NCBI GenBank assembly: GCA_038087875.1
Contig: CM075999.1
Coordinates: 4,280,001-4,344,000 of the forward strand
Direction: 5' to 3'
DNA from: Malacoraja senta
Lineage: Eukaryota
DNA length: 64,000 nucleotides
This document shows, piece after piece, positions 1 through 11,100 of the stretch. How positions within the stretch are numbered: the stretch's first letter is position 1; the number at the start of each line of letters is the position of its first letter. The notes beneath the pieces are model-generated. The model was not told the origin of the DNA. It did not search any database and worked only from the letters and a program-made list of their open reading frames with translations. The position numbers were made by a program, and so were the translations under genes.

Positions 1-212
1 AACTGCAGATGCTGGAAAATCGAAGGTAGACAAGAGTGCTGGAGAAACTCAGCGGGGTGCTGCAGCATCTATGGAACGAAGGAGGGTTTCGGCCCGAAGA
101 AGAAGGGTTTCGGCCTGGTCTGAAGAAGGGTTTCGGCCTGAAACGTTGCCTATTTCCTTCGCTCGATAGATGCTGCTGCACCTGCTGAGTTTCTCCAGCA
201 ATTTTGTCTACC
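1..212. mobile_element. Palindromic short repeat (putative Penelope-derived, hammerhead-bearing family)
   Basis: Arms at about 25-83 and 155-212 are reverse complements around the hammerhead motif. The same family recurs at about 8085-8490, 8920-9050, 9510-9735, 10380-10520, 15125-15255, 43600-43730, 54840-54965, 58762-58889 and 61170-61262. Confidence 0.7.
117..150 (+). ncRNA. Minimal type-I hammerhead ribozyme motif in Penelope-like short repeat
   Basis: GGU-CUGAAGA-A-GGGU(UUCG)GCCU-GAAAC-GUU-GCC. Core intact, stem I GGU/GCC, stem II with UUCG loop, palindromic AACGUU stem III. Confidence 0.65.
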
Positions 213-276
213 GCCAGTTTAACATTGTGAGCCCTGTCCCACTGTTTATAGCCAGGCATTGATCTCATGCAAGGAC

Positions 277-670
277 AGAGTACTGGAGCAACTGAGCGGG
301 CCCGGCAGCATCTCTGGAGAACATGGATAGGTGACGTTTCACACAGTGCTCGAGTAACTCAGCAGAGGTCAGGCAGCATCTGTGGAGAACATGGATAGGT
401 GACGTTTCACAGAGTGCTGGAGTAACTCAGCGGGTCAGGCAGCATCTGTGGAGAACATGGATAGGTGACGTTTCACAGAGTGCTGGAGTAACTCAGCGGG
501 TCAGGCAACATCTGTGGAGAACATGGATAGGTGACGTTTCACAGAGTGCTGGAGTAACTCAGCGGCAGGCAACATCTCTGGAGAACATGGATAGGTGACG
601 TTTCACAGAGTGCTGGAGTAACTCAGCGGGCCAGGCAACATCTCTGGAGAACATGGATAGGTGACGTTTC
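277..670. repeat. Tandem array, about 6 x 66 bp, derived from the same short repeat
   Basis: Unit agagtgctggagtaactcagcgggtcaggcagcatctgtggagaacatggataggtgacgtttcac. Confidence 0.9.
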
Positions 671-1647
671 AGGTCGAGATGCAACTGGTGATAATCCAGT
701 GAAGATTATTAAGCACCTTTCATTCACTGGTTAGCCGATCACCTGAGGACATTCGCTCAGTTATCAGTGACTTCTCCAGGTGAGGGTGTGGTCACATTGG
801 GTCTCCAGGTGCTGGCTACAAGTTGTCAGGTTCAATATCAATCAGCCGCTGCAGGTGGTGCCCATTCACCACTCCACTGGCCGCACCACCCTCCCTGAAT
901 GTGCTGCCACACATTGGAAGGCACAGCACCCTCAGATAAAGGCACAATGGTGGGTGGAAGGATCGACGGAGGAACTGACCAGCAGTTTATGAAGGCGGTG
1001 ACAGTGCATAGCTCGTTGGATGAGGCTCCCTATCTCTCCTAGACTGGTCCATGAACCATGGTCAGTACCCCGCACCGACTCCTGATCTAAGCAGAAGGGC
1101 ATTGCTGTTTGACAGAACTTTTTGTTTGATTTCGGGTGACTAACAATCTTTCTGCATAAGTTAAGACAGAAAATACATTTGTAAATCACGAGTGGCTGTT
1201 GATTTGCAGATAAATTAAACCCAACTCTTGACATAAGTGTGCTTCCTTCTGTTTTGTAAAACATTTGATTGTGGTTGATTAGGCAAGGCAATAATATTCT
1301 CAGCTGAAACGGTCTCAGACATTCTGTACATCAGCTGGAAGCCCCCACCAGGGACATCCAACCACCAGGGGCATGACAATTGCACAATGCAGAACCAAGA
1401 GGTGCTGCTTCCATTGCTTAAAGCCTTTCAACAGTTTCTCCAGCAAACTCATTGCTTCATAGAAAGCATCACTACTATACAAAGTCAAGGTGCAGCAAAC
1501 ATTCTTATTTTTGCATAAAAAGGCTATTATTTTTCAGCAATAAGACTTTTCTGAGAATTGTTTCTTTGGATTGTAAGGTCCACTCCACCAGGGAAGTTAT
1601 CTTTGACCAGTAGCGCAGCAATATCCTGAGGATTGGCGTTGAGTTCT

Positions 1648-1691
1648 TCAGTCCTCCAGGCAAACCTGCCCATTCCCAGTCTTCAGCTTCC
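1648..1691 (-). CDS. KIAA1522: KIAA1522/NHSL3 terminal coding exon (GKLKTGNGQVCLED*)
   Basis: Strong acceptor cttttcgttccttatctttag, phase 1, stop TGA at 1650-1648. Followed by about 0.9 kb of unique, partly AT-rich sequence consistent with a 3'UTR. Confidence 0.75.
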
Positions 1692-1855
1692 CTAAAGATA
1701 AGGAACGAAAAGCTGAAAGTGATGGATATTCAACACGTTGAATGCAAAGGCCAGTCCACAACCGCACAGCATGGAAACAGGCCCTTCGGCTCAACTCGTA
1801 CATGCCAGCCAACATGCCCCATCTAAGCCAGCCTCATTTGCCCTTGTTTGGCCCA

Positions 1856-2425
1856 TCTCTATATAACTAAAAGTCTTTGTCTTGTTTGTGCCCACGATGT
1901 GTCTCTGTCAATCTGGTTAATTCCTATCTTCTTCCAAACCCTAGGCCACAGCCTTCCCATTTTCACACATCCTATTCACATTTTCCCCATGGTGACGATA
2001 AACATCTTCCCGTCGCTTTTCCACATGTATTTCCGAAGTTATTAATCATTGGAATTTTAAAACAGCCCGATTTCTTTAAACTCACCCATTTTGGAAAGAA
2101 AAATCTCAGTGACGTCACAATGCACTCGCAAGGCAGAACGGGCAACTCCGGGAGGGAGGGGCACTCCAGCGCTCCAACCCCCCCTCCCCCTCCCCCCTCC
2201 CCATCCCCCTCTCCCCCACCCTCCTTCGCCCCCCCCCCCCCCTCCAATGCACCAATCACAATAGGCTCTCAAGCAGCCAAGCGCCACACCCCCTGCCCCC
2301 TCCCCCCCCAGGTTATTCATGAATAAAAAAGATTTTTAAGCCAAACGAGTTGCGTTAGGGGAACGGGTGAGTGCTGGAAAATTGCGTTGGGGGGAACAGA
2401 CCCAACGGGTCTCCACTTGGTCTAG
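1856..2425 (+). mobile_element. Non-autonomous Helitron
   Basis: Starts TC (tctctatataactaaaag), ends CTAG, with hairpin agaccc-aac-gggtct (2398-2412) about 10 nt from the end. Inserted at A|T with no TSD, splitting a CR1 3' fragment (ggccca|tgtccctctaa). Confidence 0.8.
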
Positions 2426-3871
2426 TGTCCCTCTAAATCTTTCCTATCAATGTACCTGTCTAAGTGTCCTTTAAATGTTGTTATTGTACCTGCCTCAACA
2501 ACCTCTTCTGACGGCTCATTCCACAAACCCAACACCCTCTGTGAAGAAATTGTTGCTGGTCAGGTTTCTATTAAATCTTTCTCCTCTGCTGCCAACATTT
2601 CAGTTCATCTATCTTCCTTCAGACACATTTTGTCTAAATCTTGTTTTGACAATATGTGGGTTGTCAAAGGTTCCAGGGTGAAGGCAGGAGAATGGGTTTG
2701 AGAGGGGAAAATAGATCAGCCATGAATGAATGTAGTAGACTTGATGGGCCAAATGGCCTAATTCTGCACCTATGACTAATGAACAATTTCAATGCAGCTT
2801 AATTGAAAGACCAAATAGAAATGTGTTTAATAGGTGACTGGTGTAACTCAGTGGGTCAGGCAACATCTCTGGAGAAAAGAATAGGGGATGGGGGTCAAGA
2901 CCCTTCCTCAGCTTCAATATAGCCAGTGGTGAGAGAGGGCGGGATGTGCATATCCAGTGGAGATTACTGGCCATCAACTGGAATGGGAAACCTGCAAACC
3001 TCTTCACTGTACCTTAGTACACATGACAATCATGCATCAATACCACCGGCCACCATTCACCAGTGTAGGCATGTTCATAGATTTATATCACACCTGTATT
3101 TGCTCCCTAACGGGTTGCCACAGTAAACGGGAGTGTTCTGTGGCTGCAGGGGCAGGTCTGTTTGTGCCAACACACTTGGAGTAACCATGGTTACTGAACA
3201 ACAGTAACATAACAGGTTGCAAATTCAACTTTGCAAAAGGAATTAGTAGATTCTGGCTGCTAATGGCTGCTTTATATTCTAACCTCCCTAGACATTTTGT
3301 TGCAAATTACTGCGTTGGAAGAGGTGCAGTGTAAACCAGCAGCGTTTTATTGAGCCTAACATCACATTACGAGAACAAAACGCCACAAAGTCAGGAGTAA
3401 TGGCATCTGCAGTTGCGTGCAGCCCCACCACTGAGCAGCTGATGCTGAGGCCGATGGCATTTTACAGCTACCTTCACCGCAGTGTCAGAAAGGGCAGGCA
3501 AAGAGATATGGTGGATGTTGGAGCAACAGGTAGAAACAGGAAATGAGCAGTGTTAGTATTCTCCACTCCTCCACTCTGTAAGTTACTGTCCACAGCATAC
3601 CGTAGCCACGCCAATGTATTAGGCAAAAATACTTAGACATGGCTTCACCGCATCTAGTAACGCCAATTAATGCAGTTAATTGGGGCAAGAGCAAAGTGCT
3701 GGAGGCATTCAGGTCAGGCAGGTGTCTGTGGACCGAATGGACAAGTGACATTTCTACTCCCTACAGACCAACACCAATTCTCCAACTCCCTAATTCACCC
3801 CCCCCCCCCCCATGGCTTTTCCCCTGACAATTACTAACCCCTCCCTGCTGCCCCTCTGTCTGGCCAATTAC

Positions 3872-6800
3872 CTTTCTCCTCGTGGTGACCACTGGTCTCC
3901 TGCCGCAGTTGTGCGGTTGCATGTGCGGGCATCTCTGTGCCACAGGTTGAGGTGGAGGGCAGTCGCTGGCCGGTGGACAGGAAGGAAGGTTTCTTGGCCA
4001 CAGGCGGTGGGACCCTGCCTGCCTTTCTCTGAGCCTCGGGGGCTGCTTTACCCGGCAGGCCCGACCAGCCCTTGGAGGCCATTCGGCCCGACACGGAGCT
4101 CAGTTCGGCCATCAGGTTCCTCTTGGCCTCAGCCTCAGCCCCTGGTGACCGTGGGCTGTCGAACACCAGCTTCTTGGGGCTGATGTTCTTGGAGAAGATG
4201 AAGCTGGCGGTGGAGGCTGGGGACTTGAGTGGGGTCTCCTCCTCGGCCTGTTTCAGCAGGACGCTTCCCTGAGCGTTGGGACTGAGGGGAGGGGACCTGA
4301 GCTGGAGGGGGGCTATGGGGATGGGCCCGGGGTCAGTGGTGGACAAGCGCTGGGACAGGGACTTGCGAGCGGGTTTGCTGGGCGCGGCCGTACTGCCCTT
4401 GGCCGGCAGCGTAGCCTGGCTTGGGCCACGGGATCCCGGTATGGTGTCCAGCACACTGGTGGTGCTTGCCCTTGACTGGTGGTCTGGGGTCTGGAATGGC
4501 CACTGCTGACCGGTTCATCTGCCCGGAGCGCAGCCGCACCATCTGCAGCAGGGAGGGGGCGACGGGCGATGCCCCCCCTACTCCGTCAGTGCCCCCTCCA
4601 GCAGACGGCGCCCCACCTCTGCCCCAGCCCCCACCAATCACTGCGGGCGTGGGGAGTGTGGAGGGCAGGCGGGGGGAGACTGTTCCCTCCAGAGGCTGAT
4701 TGGCTGCCTGTGTCTTTGGCTGAGGCCGCTTGGTGGCTGGAGGTGACACGAGGGGGGTAGTGGCTGAGGAGAGGCTTACTTTGGGCAGCGGGGAGGGGGG
4801 AAGAGGCGAGGAACCGGGGGGTGGTCGTGGTGTGCAGGTTGGGGCAGAGAGGGGGGTGGGGTCGGGGAGAGGGGTGGGGTCGGGGAGAGGGGTGGGGGCA
4901 GGGAGGAGGGTGGGGTCGGGGAGAGGGGTTGGGGAGGGGAGAGGGGTGGGGGAAGGGAGGGGGGTTGGGGGAGGGGGAGAAGGGTGGGGGAGGGGAGAGG
5001 GGTGGGGGCAGGGAGGGTGGTGGGGACAGTGAGGGGGGCAGGGAGTGGGGTGGGAGCAGGGAGCGGGGCAGGGAGGGGGGTGGGGGCAGGGAGGGGGGCA
5101 GGGAGGGGGGCATGGAGGGTGGTGGGGGAAGGGAGGGGGGCAGAGAGGGGGGGTGAGAGTGGGAAGGGGGGGTGGGGGCGGGGAGAGGGGTGGGGGCAGG
5201 GAGCGGGGCAGGGAGGGGTGTGGGGGCAGGGGAGCGGGGCAGGGGCAGGGAGCGGGGCAGTGAGCGGGGTGGGGGCAGGGAGCGGGGCAGGGGCAGGGAG
5301 CGGGGCAGGGAGGGGGGTGGGGGTAGTTAGGTGAGTGGGGATAGGCTTCCGTTGTCCATCTACTCCAGGATTCTCCGGACAGCCTCTTCCTCCTGCATCT
5401 TCCAGCAGGGGGGGCGGTGGGGGAGGGAACGGAAACTCTGCCTCTGATGGGGCAGATGCCTCAGACCCCCCCGCTGTTGGGGGCGGCTCCCCTGGTGCCA
5501 GGCCGAGGGGGCCAGGGGAGGGGGAGGGGGAGGGGGCCAGTCGGTGGTGTGGTTCGGACCCCGTGGAGACCGGGCAGTCGAGGGGGATGGAGGAGGGGGC
5601 TGATCAGTGGCCGCCTCTGTGGTGGAGGAGGTGGATGATGGGCCGGGGGTGGGGAGGGGGAAGGAGAGGCTCGCTCCACCAGGTGTGGGGTTGCACTGTG
5701 CTGCAGCTGTGTGGTTGCGACAGAGACAGATGTGGCCCCAAGGACAGATGTGGGGCCCAGGGACAGATGTGGCCCCAGAAGCAGGTTTGGTCTCCGAGCC
5801 AATAGTCAACGAGTCTGAAGCCAACAAGGCTGGACCAATGATTGCCGTGGTTGGAGTAGATGAGGAAGTGACCAATGGGGTTGGAGATGATGTGGGGGTG
5901 ACCAATGGGGTTGAAGCAGGTGTGGAGGTGACCAATGGGGTTGGAGATGATGTGGGGGTGACCAATGGGGTTGGAGCAGGTGTGGGGGTGACCAATGGGG
6001 TTGGAGATGATGTGGGGTGACCAATTGGGTTGGAGCAGGTGTGGGGGTGACCAATGGGGTTGGAGCAGGTGTGGGGGTGACCAATGGGGTTGGAGCAGGT
6101 GTGGGGGTGACCAATGGGGTTGGAGCAGGTGTGGGGGTGACCAATGGGGTTGAAGTAGGTGTGGGGGTGACCAATGGGGTTGGAGCAGGTGCGGAGGTGG
6201 AGGGGTGAGGAGAGTGGTGGGGATGAGGTCCAAGCGTGGGGATGTTGAAAAGGAAGGAAGGTCTCTTTGTGGGAGGTAACGGGGCTGGCCCTGGTGGGGG
6301 AGGTGGGATTCTCTCTGGTCCCCAGGGATACAACATTGCAGCGGGGAACTTTGGTCGTCGTACATTGGGAGGGGGTGGGGCCGGTGAGGAAGGAGGAGGA
6401 GGGATATCAAACAGGTTGGCGTATCGTGAGGTAGGAGAGGCTGAGGATGTGGAGGGAGCGATTTCTGGGCCATGGAGGGAGCAAGACCTCTGTGCTGCTC
6501 TGGGCTTGGACATTCCAGTCGGTGACGGCGGAGGCACGAGGGTGGTCAACGTAGGCGGGCTGCCACTCTGAATCGGGCAGACACTGGACAGGGCGGTTTG
6601 CTCGGGTTGATGGTGTGAAGTCTTTGGGCTAAAGTTGTTTGGTGACTGAAGGATGTTCCCGTTGGATATTGTCCGTGTTCCAACATGGGGCGGCACCAGC
6701 TTGTGACTGACGGCAGGATCTGCAGTAGTACAAGGTTGGAAACTTTGATCATCTCGCAGCATTGGAGCAGTGTGTCCCTGGTCCTCGCCCTGCTGCAAGG

Positions 6801-7683
6801 AATGCATTCTCTGCGGAGGAGCGGGGGCTTACGCATTTTTCTGACTGACAGGCTTCTGGTGACAGACTGTTCACTGATCATACTGTGCGTGTCAGATGCA
6901 TCAACAATACTGCATGTGCTTTGTGCAGGAGAGAGTGACTGGCCAGCATAACCATTGCTGCTGGCCTGAGTGGGTGAGAGCTCTGGTGTGCAGAGCACGC
7001 GCTCACCCATCTGCTGGTACTGACTCGATGATTCACAGGTGAATCTGTTAAGTTGTGATCAGCTTTCTCACCACCTTCTTCCTTGAAATGATTATTTAAT
7101 GGCGTTTCGGTGTTACCCTGCGACGAGATTGTGGAATTGTTGGATACGATGGTTTCCGAAGACTGGGAATGACTCCAGGCATCACTGGAAGCGTAATCCC
7201 TGGCATCGTAGGTGTGTATGGATATGGAGCGAGAGATGGCTGGGGAGGGAGTGGACAGCACGCCACTGTTACTGAGTTTACGCAGACTGTTCTGACTGGT
7301 GTTGATCATCACCACGTCCACAGCGGGAGGCAGGATGGCGTTGGGAATGATCTTGGATAAATACGTTGCCTGAGGTGACATGGACATGACTGGACCGGAC
7401 AGTTCACCAGGTGATTTTGGAACCGCTAACGACTTTGGCCTGTTGCAAGAGTTGATCAGTGCCCAGTTGAGTTGGTAATTAAGTCCTAAGGTGTTTCGAG
7501 AGTCATTGTCTCCCCGTGAAGGGTCAGTAAAAGTTACAGATTTCAAGGAGCTCCTGGCCTGTAAATGGGAGAGGTTATTAAAACAATAGTTCTCATCGCC
7601 CCTGGATACCAAGACCACGCCAGCGTTGTCTGCAGCCGGTTCTGTTCCAGCCGTCTTCGAAGGACGGGACCCTTTCCCAAGAC
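3872..7683 (-). CDS. KIAA1522: KIAA1522/NHSL3 large exon 6 (proline-rich; frameshifted in this sequence)
   Basis: Acceptor cccaacacag, donor AAG|gtaatt. Colinear KIAA1522 motifs spread over successive frames: RPKSLAVP, MSMSPQATYLSKIIPNAILPP, WSHSQSSETIVS, RSLSVRKMRKPP, DWPPPP, PSLLQMVRLRS, APSKPARKSLS, SPASTASFIFSK, KRNLMAEL, PPPVAKKPS. Confidence 0.93.
4850..5325. repeat. G-rich low-complexity tract within exon 6 (Pro-rich coding)
   Basis: Runs of G3-G7 with ggggcagggagc and gggagaggggtgggg subrepeats. Confidence 0.85.
5870..6190 (-). repeat. Coding minisatellite, about 11 x 30 bp (LVTPTPAPTP / LVTPTSSPTP)
   Basis: Unit gtgaccaatggggttggagcaggtgtgggg on the + strand. Confidence 0.92.
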
Positions 7684-8226
7684 CTGTGTTGGGACCAGAA
7701 ACAACATCATTAAAACATCATTAGAACCATGCAGGACTAAAGCAGGCCCTTCGGCCCATCATGTCCATGCTGACCATTGATCTGTCTGTACTAATCCAAT
7801 TTACCCACGTTAAACCCGTGGCCTTGTATACCTTGGTCTGAAATGCTTCAAAGGTCAGAGAGAACCTCCTCTCCCCTGTTCAAACCATCCTCCTCGAGCC
7901 TCTCCCGATCTCCTCCCACGCAACTAAACCACTGCCCCTTTGCCTTAAATACCTCACCTTGGTTTCCTGTCCACCTCATAACTTTATGCATCTCTATCAG
8001 GTCACCCTGACTCCGGGCCAAATAACCCAGCCTATCCAGTTTCTCCTCATACTGAAATGCTCCAATCCAAGCATCATTTTTGTGAAGACACAAGGAACTG
8101 CAGATGCTGGAATCTTGAGCAAAACACAAAGTGCTGGAAGAACTCAGCAAGTCGTCAGCATCTATGGAGAGGATGGATAGGTGAATTGTAGGTAGTCCAC
8201 AGAAAGGTCCTGACCTAAAACGTCAC

Positions 8227-8455
8227 CTGTCCATTCCTCCACAGATGCTGCCTGACCCACTGAGTCTGTCCATTCCTCCACAGATGCTGCCTGACCCACT
8301 GAGTCTGTCCATTCCTCCACAGATGCTGCCTGACCCACTGAGTCTGTCCATTCCTCCACAGATGCTGCCTGACCCACTGAGTGTCCATTCCTCCACAGAT
8401 GCTGCCTGACCCACTGAGTCTGTCCATTCCTCCACAGATGCTGCCTGACCCGCTG
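8227..8455. repeat. Tandem array, about 6 x 39 bp, of short-repeat fragment
   Basis: Unit ctgtccattcctccacagatgctgcctgacccactgagt. Confidence 0.9.
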
Positions 8456-8715
8456 ATTTTCTTCTGGCACTTTGTGTTTTGCTCAATATCCCGACTCTCC
8501 TGGCTCCGGCAATAACACTCGCTGTGAGGAAGCTTCCATTCTCTTCCTCCGCACTCCACCAGCCTCTCCACGCATCTGGATCCATTTCACAGAGACGTTC
8601 ACAAAGTATCACAGTGTACGGTACAGAAGCCCCAGTGAACGGGGTGGTCACTGGTTGGCACGGACTCGGTGGGCTGAAGGGCCTGTTTCTGTAAACTAAG
8701 AGTTAGTGCACAAAC

Positions 8716-8841
8716 CCAGTTCCTCTTGCACATGCAGGGGAAGCCCCATGATCGTCGATCTCCGAATCCGTTTCTCTTTCAGTTTTGGTCCTTTAAAGGA
8801 TGATTGAGTCTTCTGCTGTTCTTGCGGTTTAAATTTTATTC
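8716..8841 (-). CDS. KIAA1522: KIAA1522/NHSL3 exon 5 (GIKFKPQEQQKTQSSFKGPKLKEKRIRRSTIMGLPLHVQEELG)
   Basis: 126 bp, phase 1-1, AG/GT bounded. RRSTIMGLPLHVQEELG matches the KIAA1522 RRSTVLGLPQHVQKELG motif. Confidence 0.92.
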
Positions 8842-10074
8842 CTGCATTATTTAAAAGAAAACTTCAGAAGTTATTCACTTTTAAAGAATTAATTATGAAA
8901 CAAAATATACTTTTCTTGGTAGACACAAAAAGCTGGAGTAACTCAGCAGCACAGGCCGCATCTCTGGAGAAAAGGAATAGGTGGTGTTTCAGGTCGAGAC
9001 CCCTCTTCAGAAGAAAAAGTGTCTCAACCTGAAACGTCACCTATTCCTTCTGACCTCGGCTATCTCCAGTCAACAGCATCCCAACAAAACATTGGATGGG
9101 AGTTGGACCAAACATTGGACGACAGTCAAAGTTCTGGATGTCCTGGGAGTCCAGGTGTGGTCAGACACGGCGACATTGCCCTGGCCTGACACATCCTTCA
9201 CCTTCCTCATGCTCACACCTAGGACCAACCCTAATTCCACCAGGTGTGCAGTAGGACAACACCAGCTCTACCTGATGAGGTTCCAGAGCAGCAAAGCCAC
9301 AACATGCAACAGCAGAGTCAATCTCTCAACACTGGGTCAGATCACAGCTCTGCCACCTGCAGGTTTGGTCGTGGAAGATGAGAGTTGATCCACCCAGACC
9401 CCAAAGGCTCACAGTGACCCCCCCCCCCCCCCTCTCCCCCCAGGGAACCCGGGACAAATTCTGGACTTGTCAACAACCCCCCAGATCCTGTCAAGAAGTT
9501 AGCAGAAGGACACAGAGTGCTGGAGTAACCCAGCGGGTCAGGCAGCATCTGTGGAGAACATGGATAGGTGACGTTTCACAGAGTGCTGGAGTAACTCAGC
9601 GGGTCAGGCAGCATCTCTGGAGAACATGGATAGGTAAAGAAGGGTCTCGACCTGAAACCCGAGATGCTGCCTGACCCACTGATTTACTCCAGCACTTGGT
9701 GTCCTTTGGTGCAAAGCAGCATCTGCAGTTCCCTGCCTCGATAAGAAGCAAGCAAACATACTCTGAGTTTGGACAGACAAAATGGAATCTGAGACCAACA
9801 AAAACAAATATGACTGAGAAAGGAGCAGCTAACCAAATTATTTGCAATCTAATATTCTATTATTCCCCGGATTCTTACTAAACTTGATACTTTGTGGCTG
9901 GCCATCTCATGAGGAGTTCATTATGTTCACATTTAAATATAGTTTTCCTGTGTAAGTCGTTCTCTGGCCAGAGTATTCTGCGGGGCCAAGCCCATCTATT
10001 ATGTGACCAGAGGTTTGGGGGGTTGGGTTAGTTCCAGCCACTGGACACCCGCACGCTGATGGCCGTGTACTCAC

Positions 10075-10219
10075 CGGCTGAGCTGACCGACGGCTGGATT
10101 CCCAGAGCAGTCTTTCGGATTTCATCGGGAGTGGGTGGTGGAAGGGAACGTGTCTTTGTCCACACTTCATCGCCAGGCCCACCTGATCTGGAGTTTGGGA
10201 GCACCGGCAGGTCTTCATC
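10075..10219 (-). CDS. KIAA1522: KIAA1522/NHSL3 exon 4 (DEDLPVLPNSRSGGPGDEVWTKTRSLPPPTPDEIRKTALGIQPSVSSA)
   Basis: Acceptor gtgacag, donor CCG|gtgagt, 145 bp, phase 0-1. SLPPPTPDE resembles the NHS/NHSL1 SLPLPTPEE motif. Confidence 0.85.
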
Positions 10220-11029
10220 CTGTCACCACACACAACAAATCACAACGGCAACATCTTCGGGGCATTATTTCTACTTCCGCTGAGCAGTGCCGTGTTGCAG
10301 CGGGTAGTGCTGCTGTCCCACGCCTCAGATCAATCCAGACACTTGTGACCAACACATCACCAGTTCAGAGGCACTAGGGGTAGAGTAATTCAGCGGGTCA
10401 GGCAGCATCTCTGGAGGGAAGGAATAGGTGACGTTTCGGGTTGCGACCCTTTTTCAGATGTCACCTGTCCATTCCGTCCATGGGCTCCGTCTGACCCAGA
10501 GTTCCTCCAGCACTTTGTGCTTGAACCAATCATCCTCCCTCATTGGTCCCCACCAATCAACCTCCCGCCCTCCCTCTGTGATTCCCGATTGCCCATGGAC
10601 CTCCTGTTGGGCAAATCCTGGGGATTTCCACTGGAGTTCTTTGCTGGCCTTGCGGAAAGCAAGCGACAGGAAGGGGACAAGAGGTTTCCCCCACCCCTCG
10701 AGGTCCTCTTGCCCCGTGGGGAGTGGAGGTGCCACCACCACCTCATCCACCCAATACCTTAACCAGGAGGCTGTGGATATTTAAACAATTCACAGATGGA
10801 TTTTCCACGATAGTTATTTTAAATTTGCAAATATGTTGAGTGTTATCACTTTGCCAAAGAGAATGGATTGTGCCCAGGTCACCAACCAGTGAACATGGAC
10901 CGCATTGGTCAAAAGCCAGTGTATATTTACATTCCCTGGTGCATGTGTCCACTGGAAATGGCCCTGAGCTTCCCCCCCTGCCCCCTCACCTGCGGCATTC
11001 ACACCTGTAACCAGGAACCATGCACTTAC

Positions 11030-11100
11030 TGCCTCACTGCAGTTGTCCATACTTTCCTGGCCATTTCCCAGCTGGGGTTGCGAGCAGCTGTCCAAGATCC
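11030..11100 (-). CDS. KIAA1522: KIAA1522/NHSL3 exon 3 (GILDSCSQPQLGNGQESMDNCSEA)
   Basis: Acceptor gattctcctgcag, donor |gtaagt. The 71-bp length supplies exactly the phase 1-to-0 change needed between exons 2 and 4. Little sequence homology support. Confidence 0.8.

Noticed and set aside
277..670. CRISPR-like regular array (also 22888, 30634, 40623, 44540)
   Set aside because: Units are contiguous with no unique spacers, there are no cas genes, and the context is vertebrate.
4072..6571. Plus-strand Gly-rich ORFs as an antisense gene
   Set aside because: Shadows of the Pro-rich, GC-rich KIAA1522 exon.
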